A stretch of 64,000 bases of DNA from Podarcis gaigeae. Taxonomy: Eukaryota. The DNA is taken from NCBI GenBank assembly GCA_964106915.2, contig OZ066917.1; one strand, given 5' to 3'. Below, piece by piece: positions 61,798 through 64,000 of the stretch (its first letter is position 1; every line of letters starts with the position of its first letter). A program made the translations under genes and the position numbers. The notes under the pieces are model-generated. The model saw only the letters and a program-made list of their open reading frames with translations, made no database searches and was not told where the DNA came from.

Positions 61798-64000
61798 ATT
61801 GGGCCAGCTAACTCACCATAAAACCCTCTTTTTGCCAGAATAACATCTGGCCAATTCACACTAGGTCTTATTAAATTTCACCTGACTGACTCCAGATAGG
61901 AGATTTTGACCAACCCAATGGAATTCCCACACAAACCAGCTGCCTGGAGATGCAAGGATGTTTCCCATGGGATTCATCCTGTCTTTCTCTGGCTTTTCTT
62001 TTAAAGATCTTACAAATCAAGCTCATCTGAATCTCTTGTTTTTCTTTAATTGGAATACAGCATTCTTGAATCATTTCCCATTGCCCCAGATTGTATAATA
62101 TCTCTCTCCCTACCTCCTTCTTCTGGAATCCATACAGGACGCTGAAAGTTAAATTTTGCTATACAGGGCTTTGAAAGGTATCTGTACTGATCAAAACGAA
62201 AGCTTCCTAGAGAAAAGCTCTTATGAGTATCAGGCTCGAGCAGCTGGGCTGTCAATATGAATGTCAAGACTGAACCAGAAGCAACTGACACTTTAGTGAT
62301 ATTGACTCCCTGCAAGCACAACTGGAGCAGCTGTTCTGTAGACTGCAATGTTTATGGTAAAAAATAAATGGGGAGTGCTATTATAAAGTAAAAGGGGGCA
62401 AAGTCCTAAGGGCAAGAATTGGATAAGTCAATCTTATGCTTTTCAATGTTGCAGATGCCGTAATCATTCATAAACATCACCAAGAGAAACCCAAACTAAG
62501 AGCACGATCCTATGCATGATCCTATCCTTTAGCTCCATTATGTTCAATGACGCTTACTCCCTAGTAAGGGTGCTTCAGGGCCCAACAACAGGTTATGTTC
62601 TGGGGCCCCGCATGAATTAGTAAAATCATGCAAAGTGGGGAGCATCCTCTAAACACTGCTTAAAGCCCTCTCTGCCATACTCTCTTCAATACATACAGAA
62701 AAAAATACTGTATCCAAAAATATCCACAACTAGAATTGAAACTCTGGGGCTGTCAGGAGGCTGGAAAGTGGCTGCTGCTGCTGTGCTACCCCACATATCA
62801 GCTGTTAGCAGGGAGACCCTGCTGTGCCTCCAGTTTCTTTGGGGCCTCACTGACATCCTCTTTGGGTTATGGGGAGGGTCTCCTCACAAGCCACAAGGAC
62901 TTTCCAAGTTTGAATTGGATTAATTATTTCTTGGCACCACATGTATATGTGTGAGGCAATCACAGATAGGTGGGGGAGTGGGGGAATGTCTGGGGATGTA
63001 CAGACACACACACACACACACACTCTGCAAGATCAACAGAGAATAGAAACTTGCTGCTTCCTTCATTGATAGCAACAACATAACTGCATATACCCACAAA
63101 TTCATCTGAGTTCAAAGACTTGAATTCCCTTTGCTCCATTAAGGACAGCAACTGATCTACATGTGTGGAAGAAATACATAAGTGTGGCACCCACCGTTCA
63201 GAAACTTTTAGAACGTTGGTACTTAGCTACAGCAGTTCTCACTAGCAATCTTTATTTTTGTTTGGGATGCATTGAGTCCAGTGAGCTTCCAGTTCTATCT
63301 GCATTTTCTGAAGCAGTAAAATCCCAGGACAGTTGTTCTGCATATATTTCCCGAACATTTAAAGACTCCTAAGATAACTGTCCTAACTGAGAAAGTTCAT
63401 GTCACCACTGTGGTGTTTCAGCAGCTGACTGACATTTTTAGATAGAAAATTTGGATTGAGAACAAATTGGATTTGAAATCTTGCCATTTTCAAATAGCGC
63501 TAGGTGTCTCCACTAGGGATGGATAGAATGACCTGGCTGGTTCCACTCCACAGAGTTTTGACAGGGAGCAGAATAAAATCATTATCCTCTATCAAAACTC
63601 TAAGCTGAAATGACTTCCCCAATCCACTCCACAGTGAAGGGGCAGGGTTTCTACCAACCCCTGCATCCCAGTGGGCAGGTTCTTTGAGGTAACAGGAACA
63701 ATAATGGGTAAATGCACCAGTTCCTCGCCGGAACAGATAGCCCTTAGTAGAAAAAGGAAGGATCTTGCGATATTGTGACCCAGCAGGAAGACAATGTATT
63801 TACCTGTCCCTTGCAAGATCACAGACATTCTCTACTGGAATCTGGAGAACTCCACATGTCAGGAGACAAGGACCCTAGAGGGTAGAGTCAGAAGAGCCAT
63901 CCTCTTCCTTTGCATCAGAAACCTAAAACATTGGTATGAGACGTGCAGTTTTTCAGATTCCTATGGACTGAACTAGACCCAAAACGGGTTCAGATGCATT

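Overview
AT-rich eukaryotic DNA with the repeat content of a squamate reptile. It is most likely a lacertid lizard, inferred from Sauria/Squam1-type SINEs with (ACCTTT)n tails, Squam3 SINEs, BovB, lizard-type L1, CR1, L2, and Tigger-like and hAT MITEs. No intact host protein-coding ORF is recognisable. The longest ORF (31358-32563) and the other interpretable ORFs are retrotransposon remnants, and the rest are random ORFs. The window looks like intronic or intergenic sequence. Several short minus-strand segments have textbook splice signals (best: 1228-1242 and 33080-33105), suggesting a large, micro-exon-rich gene on the minus strand that I cannot name. Two structures stand out. First, three short TSD-flanked Penelope-like insertions carry a minimal hammerhead ribozyme, and two of them form 76-80 bp near-perfect hairpins. 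Second, a 250-bp LINE endonuclease fragment is bracketed by a perfect 47-bp direct repeat. Family names come from recognising motifs by eye, not from database searches. Boundaries of old repeats are approximate.
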